IMG/VR virus record: IMGVR_UViG_3300014613_000055
Span: 1 to 37,689 of that record
Direction: 5' to 3' (one strand)
Source: a virus
Taxonomy: Duplodnaviria; Caudoviricetes
Length of the DNA: 37,689 bases
Each line of letters starts with the position of its first letter. Within the stretch, counting starts at the first letter, position 1. Both the position numbers and the translations under genes were made by a program. This document shows positions 8,001-17,205 of this stretch, piece by piece. The notes below the pieces were generated by a model. It worked only from the letters and a program-made list of their open reading frames with translations, searched no databases and had not been told where the DNA came from.

Positions 8001-8768
8001 ATGAAAGCATACATAACAGGATCGAACGGATTTATAGGAACACACCTCAAAAAGAGGTTGGATAACTTCGTTGCTATTCCCCACAAAGAGATTAGATCAA
8101 TCAAACTAGAACCCTACGACAATTTTTACTTCTTATCAGCTTATGGGAACATGGCTTTCCACGATGAAGACGAAAAGATACTCCAAGCAAACATCCTCGA
8201 CCTAATCAGTATCCTCAAACAGCACAAGAAATTTAAGTCATTCGTCTACGTTAGCACTTCAAGCGTTAGATTGCCAAGACAGACAATGTATTCAAGAACC
8301 AAGAAAGCAGCCGAGGAAATTTTATTGTCATTTATGGAGAAATATGACGTTCCTATCTGCATAGTTAGACCATTTTCGGTTACTGGTGTAGGTGAACAGA
8401 AAGAACACTTAATTCCCTCACTGATACGTTCCTGTATTGACGGAGATCAGATGAATTTTGTACCAGGGCCAGTCCACGACTTTATAGATGTAGAAGATGT
8501 GGTTGATGGAATTGTTAATTTATCTTCTCACTCCGCAAGAGGGATATATGACTTAGGAACAGGCAAACAGGTTTCCAATCAAACAATATTAGAAATCGTC
8601 CAAGAAGTTACCGGCAAGACGGCAAATATCAATGTTATCAAAAAAATGAGGGACTACGACACAAACGAGTGGGTTTCACTCAACTACAAAGCAAGAGGGT
8701 ATGGTTGGCTTCCCAAAAAAGGATTACAGCAATCTATTGAAGAAATGGTGAAGGAGTACAAGAAATGA
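8001..8768 (+). CDS. NAD-dependent NDP-sugar epimerase/dehydratase (extended SDR)
   Basis: TGSNGFIG, STSSV, YSRTK, RPFSVTG, DFIDVEDV motifs. Confidence 0.92.
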   Translation: MKAYITGSNGFIGTHLKKRLDNFVAIPHKEIRSIKLEPYDNFYFLSAYGNMAFHDEDEKILQANILDLISILKQHKKFKSFVYVSTSSVRLPRQTMYSRTKKAAEEILLSFMEKYDVPICIVRPFSVTGVGEQKEHLIPSLIRSCIDGDQMNFVPGPVHDFIDVEDVVDGIVNLSSHSARGIYDLGTGKQVSNQTILEIVQEVTGKTANINVIKKMRDYDTNEWVSLNYKARGYGWLPKKGLQQSIEEMVKEYKK

Positions 8769-9379
8769 ATGAGTTAGAAAAAAGAATAATTGAAATTAGT
8801 TATAAACACAAGCTATCCCATCTTAGCTCTTGTTTGACATCGGTTAATTTGATTGATGCGATATATAAGTCCAAGAAAAAGGATGAACCATTCATTCTAA
8901 GTAATGGACACGCAGCTCTCGCCTTATATGTAGTATTAGAAAAGTACGAAGGCAAAGATGCTGAGAAATTATATGATAAACACGGCACGCATCCCAATAG
9001 AAACTTAAAAGATGGTATTTATTGTTCAACTGGATCACTAGGACAAGGACTGACTATTGCTGTGGGTATGGCTTTGGCTGATAAATCAAGAAATGTCTAT
9101 GTAATGAGTTCTGATGGTGAAATGGCCGAGGGAGCTTGTTGGGAGGCACTAAAAATCGCTTCAGGGCTTAGGATTGAGAATTTAAGGCTAACTGTGAACG
9201 CTAATGGCTACACGGCTCTAGGTAGAACAGATTCCGACCTTTTAGACTTGAGGTTGCAGTTCTTTTACCCTTGTTTGGTGATTAAGACTAACCTATTCGG
9301 TTGGCCTGATTGGTTGCAGGGAGTTGATGGACATTATGTAGTTATGGATAAAGAAATGTACGAGGAGGTAATGAAATGA
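8765..9379 (+). CDS. Transketolase-like ThDP enzyme, N-terminal subunit
   Basis: LSNGHA, STGSLGQG, SDGEMAEG...N ThDP motif. Confidence 0.92.
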   Translation: MNELEKRIIEISYKHKLSHLSSCLTSVNLIDAIYKSKKKDEPFILSNGHAALALYVVLEKYEGKDAEKLYDKHGTHPNRNLKDGIYCSTGSLGQGLTIAVGMALADKSRNVYVMSSDGEMAEGACWEALKIASGLRIENLRLTVNANGYTALGRTDSDLLDLRLQFFYPCLVIKTNLFGWPDWLQGVDGHYVVMDKEMYEEVMK

Positions 9380-9528
9380 AAACAATTAGAACCATAATAA
9401 ATCACCTTGAGGCTATGCACTTTGCAAACGCACAGTCTCCGCAAAATGAAAAAGCAGAAGGGTATAAACAAGCCCTTGATGATGTTCTCGCTTGGTTAAA
9501 AGGATATGAAAAAACACAACAGTATTAG
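9376..9528 (+). CDS. Small hypothetical protein (50 aa) between the transketolase halves
   Basis: Read manually; ATGA overlap; GAGGAGG SD; GYKQALDDV helix. Confidence 0.55.
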   Translation: MKTIRTIINHLEAMHFANAQSPQNEKAEGYKQALDDVLAWLKGYEKTQQY

Positions 9529-10006
9529 AGGTTGGTTTGCTTACGAGCTTTACCAACAAATGAAGAAGAATAAGGACATTTACCTTATTACACCAGATTT
9601 GGGGTATAAAATGCTTGACAAAATCAAGGAAGACTATCCCGACAGATTCTTTAATGTGGGAGCGTCAGAACAAGCTGCCGTAGGCATAGCAATAGGGCTA
9701 GCACAAGAGCAAAAAATACCTTTTGTTTATTCGATAACACCATTTCTATTATACAGGCCCGCAGAGTGGATTAGAAATTATCTCCACAAAGAAAATGCCA
9801 ACGTCAAATTAGTAGGAGCAGGAGTTGGAAAGGATTACAAAGAGGACGGATTTACTCATTGGTCGGATGAGCCTTACAACACACTAATAAGCAGATGGCC
9901 GAATATCAGACAGTTTTGTCCTAACGAGAAAGAAGAATTGCCGAAAATAGTTGAAGAAATGGTAAAGAACAATAAACCAAGTTTTTTACATTTGAGGAGG
10001 AGGTGA
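9506..10006 (+). CDS. Transketolase-like enzyme, pyrimidine-binding subunit
   Basis: DLG, RFFNVGASEQ, GLAQE..IPFVYS, GFTHW motifs. Confidence 0.92.
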   Translation: MKKHNSIRGWFAYELYQQMKKNKDIYLITPDLGYKMLDKIKEDYPDRFFNVGASEQAAVGIAIGLAQEQKIPFVYSITPFLLYRPAEWIRNYLHKENANVKLVGAGVGKDYKEDGFTHWSDEPYNTLISRWPNIRQFCPNEKEELPKIVEEMVKNNKPSFLHLRRR

Positions 10007-10012
10007 TGAGAA

Positions 10013-10186
10013 GTGATTAGAAGAAAGAAGATTACAAAAGCGGAAATAGAAGAGTTAAAGAATTTATTGCTACCAGAGACACAGCGAGATGATGCTGGAA
10101 TACTCGAATTAGCAACAGCAGCTCTTGTTAGCGATTTGCACAAAAACAAAATATCAAGAATAAGAGCATTGGTAAATAAACTTTGA
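10013..10186 (+). CDS. Small hypothetical protein (57 aa)
   Basis: Read manually; GTG start after GGAGGTG; fills the gap and overlaps the next start. Confidence 0.5.
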   Translation: MIRRKKITKAEIEELKNLLLPETQRDDAGILELATAALVSDLHKNKISRIRALVNKL

Positions 10187-11046
10187 TGAATAATGAATAC
10201 TTAATGTTTAGGCACACGCTTTCTAAGGACAAGTACAAAGTACCCATAAAGTACGAGGATAAGGTCAAGAGAGTTGACCCTGATGTTATAGAAAGCAAAC
10301 TAAGGAGTAAGGGTAAAGCAATCTTCCTAAGCGGAGGATTGGATAGTTCGTTATTGGCGGCAATTAACAAGCCCGAAAGAGCCTATACAGCACTATTCTT
10401 TGATGAGGATGGCGAAAGGGAGTGGCTTTGGGCAAGAAAGGTCGCAGACCGCTTGGACATTTCCCTCATTCCTGTAGGCATTACAAGAGAAAGATATTTG
10501 TCAACACTAGAATACCTAATTAAACAAAAAGGAGACGGACTTCATCCCAACGAACCCTGTCTTTACCTAATGGCACTTCAGGCCAAGAAAGACGGATTTG
10601 ACACAATTATATCCGGTGAGGGTGCAGACGGGTTGTTTGGAGGCTATACCGACTTACTAATAAACGAAGATAAGATTATGAAGGATGAGCCTACTTTTAG
10701 AAAAAGATACCTACAAATAGATACAGGCGATCCAATTCCCTTTGAGAAGTGGCGAGAATGGGGAATGTATCGATTTTTACTAGAAGTTCACACACCAGGA
10801 TTAATAGATAGAGCGGTCAATGCTTGCAACTCAGCAGGAATGAAAGTAGAGTTTCCTTACCTAGAGAATGGCATACCTCAGTTAATGTGGAACGCTCCAA
10901 TGGGACAGAAGATAGACAAGCCCATTCTAAAAGAGATCGCTAACAAGTATTTACCAAGAGAAATCATTTACAGGAAGAAAGTTGGGTTCCCTGTTCCCTG
11001 GGACACTAAAGAGTTCTTATTCCTAAATAAGGAGATATGCGTGTAG
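10183..11046 (+). CDS. Asparagine-synthase-like N-type ATP pyrophosphatase (no glutaminase domain)
   Basis: LSGGLDSS PP-loop, SGEGADGLFGGY, KKVGFPVP. Confidence 0.9.
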   Translation: MMNNEYLMFRHTLSKDKYKVPIKYEDKVKRVDPDVIESKLRSKGKAIFLSGGLDSSLLAAINKPERAYTALFFDEDGEREWLWARKVADRLDISLIPVGITRERYLSTLEYLIKQKGDGLHPNEPCLYLMALQAKKDGFDTIISGEGADGLFGGYTDLLINEDKIMKDEPTFRKRYLQIDTGDPIPFEKWREWGMYRFLLEVHTPGLIDRAVNACNSAGMKVEFPYLENGIPQLMWNAPMGQKIDKPILKEIANKYLPREIIYRKKVGFPVPWDTKEFLFLNKEICV

Positions 11047-11423
11047 GTTATACAACAGGCGTGTTTGATATGTTTCATATCGGGCACCTTAATATTTTGA
11101 GAAACGCCAAGGCTATGTGCGACAAGCTAATAGTAGGTGTCTCTACTGATGAATTAGTCAAAGAAAAAGGCAAGAAATGCAAGATACCATTTGAACAAAG
11201 AATTGAGATAGTCAGAAACATTAAATTCGTTGACTTGGCAGTTCCCCAAGCAACAACCAACAAACGACATGAGTGGGAGAAATTAAGGTTCAATATCGTA
11301 TTCGTAGGTGATGATTGGTTTGGCAACAAAGAGTGGAATAAATATGAGAGCGAGTTAAGTAAGGTGCAATTTATCTATTTCCCATATACGAAAGGAGTCT
11401 CATCAACAAGTTTACGAAAATAG
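11037..11423 (+). CDS. Cytidylyltransferase, TagD/glycerol-3-phosphate type
   Basis: GVFDMFHIGH (HIGH), GVSTDE, VGDDW, YTKGVSST. Confidence 0.93.
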   Translation: MRVGYTTGVFDMFHIGHLNILRNAKAMCDKLIVGVSTDELVKEKGKKCKIPFEQRIEIVRNIKFVDLAVPQATTNKRHEWEKLRFNIVFVGDDWFGNKEWNKYESELSKVQFIYFPYTKGVSSTSLRK

Positions 11424-11467
11424 AGCAACATTTAATAGACACAACCGAATATCTGAAAAGCATCGGC

Positions 11468-11959
11468 TTGACTACTTTTTTGATTGGATCTACTTTGTTG
11501 CAAATAGTTAGGAATGGAGAATTCAAGGAACGCCATCAGTTTGACAGAGAGATAAACGTGGGCTGCAAAGAAGAGGACTTTACGCCAGCCATGAGAGAGA
11601 GAATTACCAAGGACTTTAAGAGAACTGAGTGGCATGATGGTTTTTGTCTTTTTGGTAATCAAGATGATACCTTTTGGCAGGGCGAAGGGTCATATTTTTC
11701 CCTGCTTGGAAAATTTAAGATATATAAAAACGATAGAGTTGAAAACATGGGGATAGGGAATTATTTAGTTTGGCCGAAAAAACATTTGAAAACACTAAAA
11801 CAGATTAACTATAAGGGTTATACGTTCAATGTTCCTAATTATAGATTTAAGTGGCTAGAACATTATTACGGTAAACATTGGGAGGAAGAAGATTTATCTT
11901 GGAATTGGTCAAATGCTGCAAATCTTAAAAAAGTTTCAGAAAATTCAGATTTGGGGTGA
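11468..11959 (+). CDS. LicD-family phosphotransferase
   Basis: GSTLLQIVRNG..FDREINVG resembles LicD GTLLGAVR..DDDID; YKGYTFNVP..LEHYYG C-terminal motif; next to a cytidylyltransferase. Confidence 0.72.
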   Translation: MTTFLIGSTLLQIVRNGEFKERHQFDREINVGCKEEDFTPAMRERITKDFKRTEWHDGFCLFGNQDDTFWQGEGSYFSLLGKFKIYKNDRVENMGIGNYLVWPKKHLKTLKQINYKGYTFNVPNYRFKWLEHYYGKHWEEEDLSWNWSNAANLKKVSENSDLG

Positions 11960-12630
11960 TTATGATGAAGAAAAAAATAGAGTTAAATGCGTTATTCTAC
12001 CCAGGAGGAAATGTCAAATTTGAAAGTTTGTATATACCGTATATATACAGGGAAATATACTTTGAAGGAATATATCAGAACCTTGTCGATAATTTCAAAG
12101 ATATGGTTGTTGTTGATGTAGGAGCAAACATTGGCATTGTTACTCAATATCTAAGAGACTACGCCAAGAAGTTATATGCCGTTGAGCCTTCAAGTGAACA
12201 TTTCGAAGCTCTCAAGAAGAACAAAGAATTTAACAAGTGGGACAACGTAGAAGTATTTAACGTAGCGATAGCTGATAAAGATGGCGAGATGGACTTTCAT
12301 ATCAATACAACGAATAGAACTTGTCATAGTTTAACTCAAGATATAGGTTTCGGTTATACCGATACTGAAAAAGTTAAAACGATGGCGATGGACTCATTCT
12401 TCAAGGAAAACAAGATTGGGGAAGTGGATTTTATGAAGTTTGATGTGGAGGGAGCAGAAGATATGATTTTACGAAGCGAAGGATTTGCCAAAGTTGCACC
12501 CAAGATTAAGAGAATCATGGTTGAGTTCCATCATCCAACATGGCCTAAATTAGTACAACATATGAGCACATTGGGCTACACAGCAAACAGATATGAAAGT
12601 TCGGCAGTGGTTGTTTTATTTTCAAGATGA
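11956..12630 (+). CDS. FkbM-family SAM methyltransferase
   Basis: VDVGANIG, AVEP, FMKFDVEGAE, VEFH. Confidence 0.93.
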   Translation: MIMMKKKIELNALFYPGGNVKFESLYIPYIYREIYFEGIYQNLVDNFKDMVVVDVGANIGIVTQYLRDYAKKLYAVEPSSEHFEALKKNKEFNKWDNVEVFNVAIADKDGEMDFHINTTNRTCHSLTQDIGFGYTDTEKVKTMAMDSFFKENKIGEVDFMKFDVEGAEDMILRSEGFAKVAPKIKRIMVEFHHPTWPKLVQHMSTLGYTANRYESSAVVVLFSR

Positions 12631-13274
12631 AGTTCAAAAACAAATTAATGTGGTTGAATACTGGTAACGGAACGGCGGGGTATCAACTCAATCTCATGGA
12701 GTATTTGATGACAAAGTTTCGCAAAGACTTTGTTGTTTTGGAAGTGGGAAGTGCCTATGGGGGGGCTGTCGAGATGATGACGCAGGTTGCAAACCATGAA
12801 TTGGGTAGGGAAAACGTGTCTGTTTATGGATACGATACTTTTGAAGGACACCCCAAGGATTTGGCCGATGATCCGAACAGTATGGAAGCAAAAGTCATGG
12901 ATGAATGGTACACAACGGAAGGGTGCGAAAAAGACAAGTTATCTTACGATTATCAAAGAAAGATACTCGATGATTTGGGCTTAACCAACGCTCATCTAGT
13001 TAAGGGTCGTGTAAACAAACACTCATTTGACGATATTAAGAAAGTTCACCTGGCAATGCTGGACATGGATTTAGTAAAACCAACCAAGGTGGCTTACCAC
13101 GCATTAAAAGACAAAATTGTTAGTGGTGGTTTTATGATGTTCCACGATGCCTACCCACCAGAACACCTACCACTTCTTTACGACTTTGTTAAAAATGAAG
13201 TTATAACGGATGAAAGATGGAGACTTGATGAAGTGTCTAGGGAAGGTTATTTTGTAGCATTAGAAAGAAAATGA
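12627..13274 (+). CDS. TylF/MycF-like sugar O-methyltransferase
   Basis: LEVGSAYGG, YGYDTFEG, LVKG, LDMDL, GGFMMFHD. Confidence 0.85.
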   Translation: MKFKNKLMWLNTGNGTAGYQLNLMEYLMTKFRKDFVVLEVGSAYGGAVEMMTQVANHELGRENVSVYGYDTFEGHPKDLADDPNSMEAKVMDEWYTTEGCEKDKLSYDYQRKILDDLGLTNAHLVKGRVNKHSFDDIKKVHLAMLDMDLVKPTKVAYHALKDKIVSGGFMMFHDAYPPEHLPLLYDFVKNEVITDERWRLDEVSREGYFVALERK

Positions 13275-14035
13275 AAGTAGTCTTTTTTACATTGGTTTCA
13301 GACGATTACTATTATCTTTGTGGAACACCACAATTTATCAATTCGTTTAAGTGGTTTCACCCAGATATTGATTTAGTCGTGTTTAGACAAGATATGGTAG
13401 ATAAGGTTTTCAAAAAGAAAGACATTAACTTCTACATGGCTAAACCTACTTTTGCCAAACTATTGACCCCACATTACGACTTAGTGGTCAATATAGATGC
13501 GGACAGCATTATTTTGGGAAGGTTAGATGAAATATTAAAAGGAGATTACGATATAGGTGGAGTTATGAACCTTAACGATTATGAGAACAGGACCATAGAG
13601 AACGTAAGCGAGGAGATGTACTTAAATGCCGGATTGATAGCTTCAACCAACAAGAAGTTTTGGGATATTTGGGAGAAGTCTAACAAAGACGCTATGAATT
13701 ATGTTTGCAAGGAAAACGACAAAATGAACCTTGTCATTTACAATGACCCCGAAGTAAAGAAAATGAAGTTAAAGGTTTTCGACAAAGAAAAAGATTATTA
13801 TGGTTGCAAGAGCCTTAATCGAGAGGGTGAGTTTTATGTAGCAGAAGAAAAAGTCTATGACACACCTACTACGAACGTAATGTGTCGAGATGAAAGAGTA
13901 TTTATTTATCATAACGCCAAGGGAGCGTTATTTCCCAAACTGAATTTTAGCAAGATGGGCTTCCCTCCTGAAGTTGTTAAGCGCATGAATGTTCTATCTA
14001 TGTATGGCAAGTCAGTTAGATATGGAGGATTTTGA
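13271..14035 (+). CDS. GT-A fold glycosyltransferase (GT8-like)
   Basis: NSFKWFHPD, IDADSII (DxD), YLNAGL, END..N, YHNA. Confidence 0.75.
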   Translation: MKVVFFTLVSDDYYYLCGTPQFINSFKWFHPDIDLVVFRQDMVDKVFKKKDINFYMAKPTFAKLLTPHYDLVVNIDADSIILGRLDEILKGDYDIGGVMNLNDYENRTIENVSEEMYLNAGLIASTNKKFWDIWEKSNKDAMNYVCKENDKMNLVIYNDPEVKKMKLKVFDKEKDYYGCKSLNREGEFYVAEEKVYDTPTTNVMCRDERVFIYHNAKGALFPKLNFSKMGFPPEVVKRMNVLSMYGKSVRYGGF

Positions 14036-14793
14036 AACATAGACCTTACAGTATAATGACACCGCCTTTTGAGCCGCTTTCGGGAGGTATTCGTGTCATG
14101 TATGGACTTTATGGGTGGTTGTTGGCAAAAGGGCAACTTGCTTACTTAAACGCTACTTTTGAAAGTCCGAACTTTGTTGCGGTTTATCCTGAGATTTATC
14201 AAGGCAATATCACGGGGTCTAACAACGTAGTTAGGTATATTCTTCAAACTCCTGGTGTTATGAATTTATATGGTGTTCCTGGCGAGACCACCTTCCCCAA
14301 GAATGACAAGATATTTGTTTTTTCAAAGATTTATGACACTTTTGGGGTAGATGATGACCATTTAATGTTCTTACCTATTCTTAACCTTCATTTATTCAAG
14401 GATTATGGGAAGAAACGCAAGAAAACCTGCTATATGGTGGGAAAAGGGGAAAACCAACACAATCACCCAGAACACTCATTTGAATTGACAAGAGAGTTTG
14501 CTTTAGATCAGAGAGCATTAGCAGACAAACTCAACGAGTGCCAAACGCTATATATCTATGATAGGTGTTCGGCAATGATGGAAATTGCTCGATTATGTGG
14601 GTGCAGGGTGAAATACTACGGGAACTTCAAAAAGGAAGATTTAGAAAAGTACGAGCCTGGAATGAACGGTATTACTTACAAAGATGAGGAAGATATACCT
14701 CTTGATGTGGATGCTTTCAATGAACACTATCGAGGAATGATTAAATTATTTGAGAAGAAATTAGACAAATTTATAGAAATAACCCAAAAATGA
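14032..14793 (+). CDS. Putative glycosyltransferase-like protein
   Basis: SGGIRVM start, VYPEI..GN....VVRY, YD..SAMMEIARLCGC; GT-B-like; cluster context. Confidence 0.6.
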   Translation: MKHRPYSIMTPPFEPLSGGIRVMYGLYGWLLAKGQLAYLNATFESPNFVAVYPEIYQGNITGSNNVVRYILQTPGVMNLYGVPGETTFPKNDKIFVFSKIYDTFGVDDDHLMFLPILNLHLFKDYGKKRKKTCYMVGKGENQHNHPEHSFELTREFALDQRALADKLNECQTLYIYDRCSAMMEIARLCGCRVKYYGNFKKEDLEKYEPGMNGITYKDEEDIPLDVDAFNEHYRGMIKLFEKKLDKFIEITQK

Positions 14794-15338
14794 TAATGCT
14801 CAATTTAGGTTGTGGATTAAGGCAGCGAAAAGGATTTATAAATGTAGATAATTATGTGGAAAAATCGGGGAAAGCGAAATTCGTTAAGGCAGATATACGG
14901 AAGTTGCCTTTTGAGAACGATTATGCTGATTATGTTGAAATGATGAGCGTATTAGAACACATACCATTTAATGATGTGTTGAAGGTTCTAGCTGAGATTA
15001 GCAGAGTAATGAAGCCTGGAGCGGAATTGGTTATCCAAACAGAGAACTTTGACGGTATCGCTTTAGATTGGGCAAGAATGTGTATGGAAGGCTGGAACCC
15101 ACAAGAATATATGAATGTTATGGAAACAGTTTATGGCAATCAGAGACACGAAGGGGAATTTCACAAAACGGCTTTTAATCCAAGATTTATGGATGCTTGT
15201 TTAAGGGCAGTAGGATTCAGAATTAAAAGTATGGCAAACTATCCCAAAAACTCACCTATACCTGAATTCGGCACTGTTCCAGCAGACCCCAAAAGATTTC
15301 TAAGAAGCGACCAATTATTAGCAGTAGCAATCAAATGA
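14790..15338 (+). CDS. Class I SAM methyltransferase (Methyltransf_11-like)
   Basis: LNLGCG, DIRKLPF, VLEHI, RVMKPG. Confidence 0.9.
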   Translation: MIMLNLGCGLRQRKGFINVDNYVEKSGKAKFVKADIRKLPFENDYADYVEMMSVLEHIPFNDVLKVLAEISRVMKPGAELVIQTENFDGIALDWARMCMEGWNPQEYMNVMETVYGNQRHEGEFHKTAFNPRFMDACLRAVGFRIKSMANYPKNSPIPEFGTVPADPKRFLRSDQLLAVAIK

Positions 15339-15883
15339 AGAAATATCAAATAATTTATGCAGACCCACCATGGGCTTATAACGACAGGAGGAATAAACAC
15401 ACGAGGTTTTGTGGTGGAGCAATGGTTCATTACTCAGTAATGGATTACAAGAAAATAGGCAAGATTCCTGTTGAAGATATAGCAGATAAAGATTGCGTTC
15501 TGTTTTTATGGGCAACCTACCCCAATTTAATAGAAGCACTTTACACAATGGATGCATGGGGATTTGTTTACAAGACGATTGGGTTCAATTGGGTTAAAAC
15601 AAATAAAAATAATGGCAAACCCTTCTTTGGAATAGGTTATTACACTAAGTCAAATAGCGAGGCTTGTTTGATTGGAGTTAAGGGTAAGCCTAAAGTAAAA
15701 AGCAATTTTGTTTCTCAAGTTGTAATGTCTCCACGAAGAGCGCATAGCCAGAAACCAGACGAGGTTAAAGAGAAGATAGTTGAACTTATGGGAGACATTC
15801 CGAGGGTCGAACTATTCGCAAGACAAAAAACAAATGGTTGGGATGTATGGGGAAATGAAGTGGAAAGTGATGTAAAACTATGA
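15335..15883 (+). CDS. MT-A70-family N6-adenine methyltransferase
   Basis: IYADPPW, LFLWAT, HSQKP, ELFAR, WDVWGNE. Confidence 0.93.
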   Translation: MKKYQIIYADPPWAYNDRRNKHTRFCGGAMVHYSVMDYKKIGKIPVEDIADKDCVLFLWATYPNLIEALYTMDAWGFVYKTIGFNWVKTNKNNGKPFFGIGYYTKSNSEACLIGVKGKPKVKSNFVSQVVMSPRRAHSQKPDEVKEKIVELMGDIPRVELFARQKTNGWDVWGNEVESDVKL

Positions 15884-16971
15884 AGAAAATTAAAATATTT
15901 TGCCTTCCATCTCACCAAACTAAAGAAAGAACCTCCGGCGTAGATATGGTGAGGATAATTCAACCTATGCAACACTTAGACAAACACAAAGATTTCGAGG
16001 TTACAATATTTGACATACACAACAAAGACCACGATGATCCGACCAAAACAAGGTGGGACAACGTAGCTGAAGAACACGACATTATTTACCTTAATTATAT
16101 AGGTAATGCTTGGGCTTTTGCGGCGATGGGGGCAATGGCTCGCAAGTACAATAGGAAGATAGTTTTTGACCTTGATGATGACCTTTGGGGCATAGGAGAA
16201 GACAACCCTGCGTACAAGGTCTATCATACGGGGAGCGAAGCCTTAAAGAACTTTACCTCAATGTGCAACGAAGTAGACTATATGACTACTACCAATTTAT
16301 ACCTTAAACACGTAATCGCTCACAATACTTACAAGAAACACGACAAGATTAAGATATTTCCTAATTATATTGATTTCAAGCTATATAATCACAGACCCAA
16401 GTTCAAAGATACTCCCAAGATACAACTATTACACTTTGGATCAACAACTCATTTCCTTAGCTTACAAAATGAAGAATTTATGAAAGGAATAGACAAGATT
16501 TTCAAAGAATTTCCAAATGTTACTCTAAAGACTGTAGGTGCATTTCTTCCCAAGTACAAGGCCAAATGGGGAGAGAGATACGAGAACGCTCTAGGCCACC
16601 AAGATGTTTATAAGTGGATTAAAGATAAATTCCCAGGATATATGGATGAAGCAGATATTATAGTAGCTCCACTTGAAGACAATTTATATAACCGTTGCAA
16701 GAGTGATATTAAACGTACTGAGAGTGCAAGTGCCAAGAAACCATTTATTGGTCAAGACCTGAGACAATACAAAGAAGTCATAGATGATGGTGTAGATGGG
16801 TTTATTGCCGGAAGCGAAGAAGACTGGTATCAGAAGATTAGAGCGTTAATAGAAGACAAAAAGTTACGAAAGAGTATGGGTGAAGCCGGATTCAAACGAG
16901 TAAGTGAAACGAGGCAAATGAAAGACCACGTACAAGATTATGCGGATTTCTTCAAGGAGATTCTTTCCTAG
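15880..16971 (+). CDS. GT-B fold glycosyltransferase (GT4-like)
   Basis: RIIQP, FDLDDDL, FPNYID, DIIVAPL...NRCKSDIK, DGVDGFIA, LRKSMGE. Confidence 0.88.
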   Translation: MKKIKIFCLPSHQTKERTSGVDMVRIIQPMQHLDKHKDFEVTIFDIHNKDHDDPTKTRWDNVAEEHDIIYLNYIGNAWAFAAMGAMARKYNRKIVFDLDDDLWGIGEDNPAYKVYHTGSEALKNFTSMCNEVDYMTTTNLYLKHVIAHNTYKKHDKIKIFPNYIDFKLYNHRPKFKDTPKIQLLHFGSTTHFLSLQNEEFMKGIDKIFKEFPNVTLKTVGAFLPKYKAKWGERYENALGHQDVYKWIKDKFPGYMDEADIIVAPLEDNLYNRCKSDIKRTESASAKKPFIGQDLRQYKEVIDDGVDGFIAGSEEDWYQKIRALIEDKKLRKSMGEAGFKRVSETRQMKDHVQDYADFFKEILS

Positions 16972-17090
16972 TTCTTTTTCTTAAATTTCTTCACCACTTT
17001 TGCGACAAAAGTAAATAGCGTAGCAAAGACAATGAAAGTTGCCGCTACCATAAACGACCACCAAAGTATTACTACAATCATTCTTCCCAT
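16968..17090 (-). CDS. 40-aa single-TM membrane peptide (MGRMIVVILWWSFMVAATFIVFATLFTFVAKVVKKFKKKN)
   Basis: Read manually; hydrophobic helix plus basic tail; fills the intergenic gap; own promoter. Confidence 0.7.
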   Translation of the reverse strand: MGRMIVVILWWSFMVAATFIVFATLFTFVAKVVKKFKKKN

Positions 17091-17097
17091 AGTAAGT

Positions 17098-17127
17098 ATT
17101 GTAACACATATTACCTTTGGGTGTCAA
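17098..17127 (-). promoter_or_regulatory. Leftward promoter (leaderless transcript) for the membrane peptide
   Basis: Minus strand TTGACA-18 bp-TACAAT with TGn extension, 7 nt before ATG. Confidence 0.7.
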
Positions 17128-17136
17128 TTTTAGTGG

Positions 17137-17165
17137 TTGACAAAGAAAACAGAGAAGCGTATAAG
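17137..17165 (+). promoter_or_regulatory. Rightward promoter of the ejection-protein operon
   Basis: TTGACA-17 bp-TATAAG. Confidence 0.65.
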
Positions 17166-17205
17166 TAAGTTGTAGGTTAATCGACGTACAAGGTTACGAT
17201 CATAA

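Noticed and set aside
8765-10006. Transketolase as a pentose-phosphate auxiliary metabolic gene
   Set aside because: Short split form lacking the C-terminal domain and flanked by NDP-sugar enzymes; fits sugar tailoring better.
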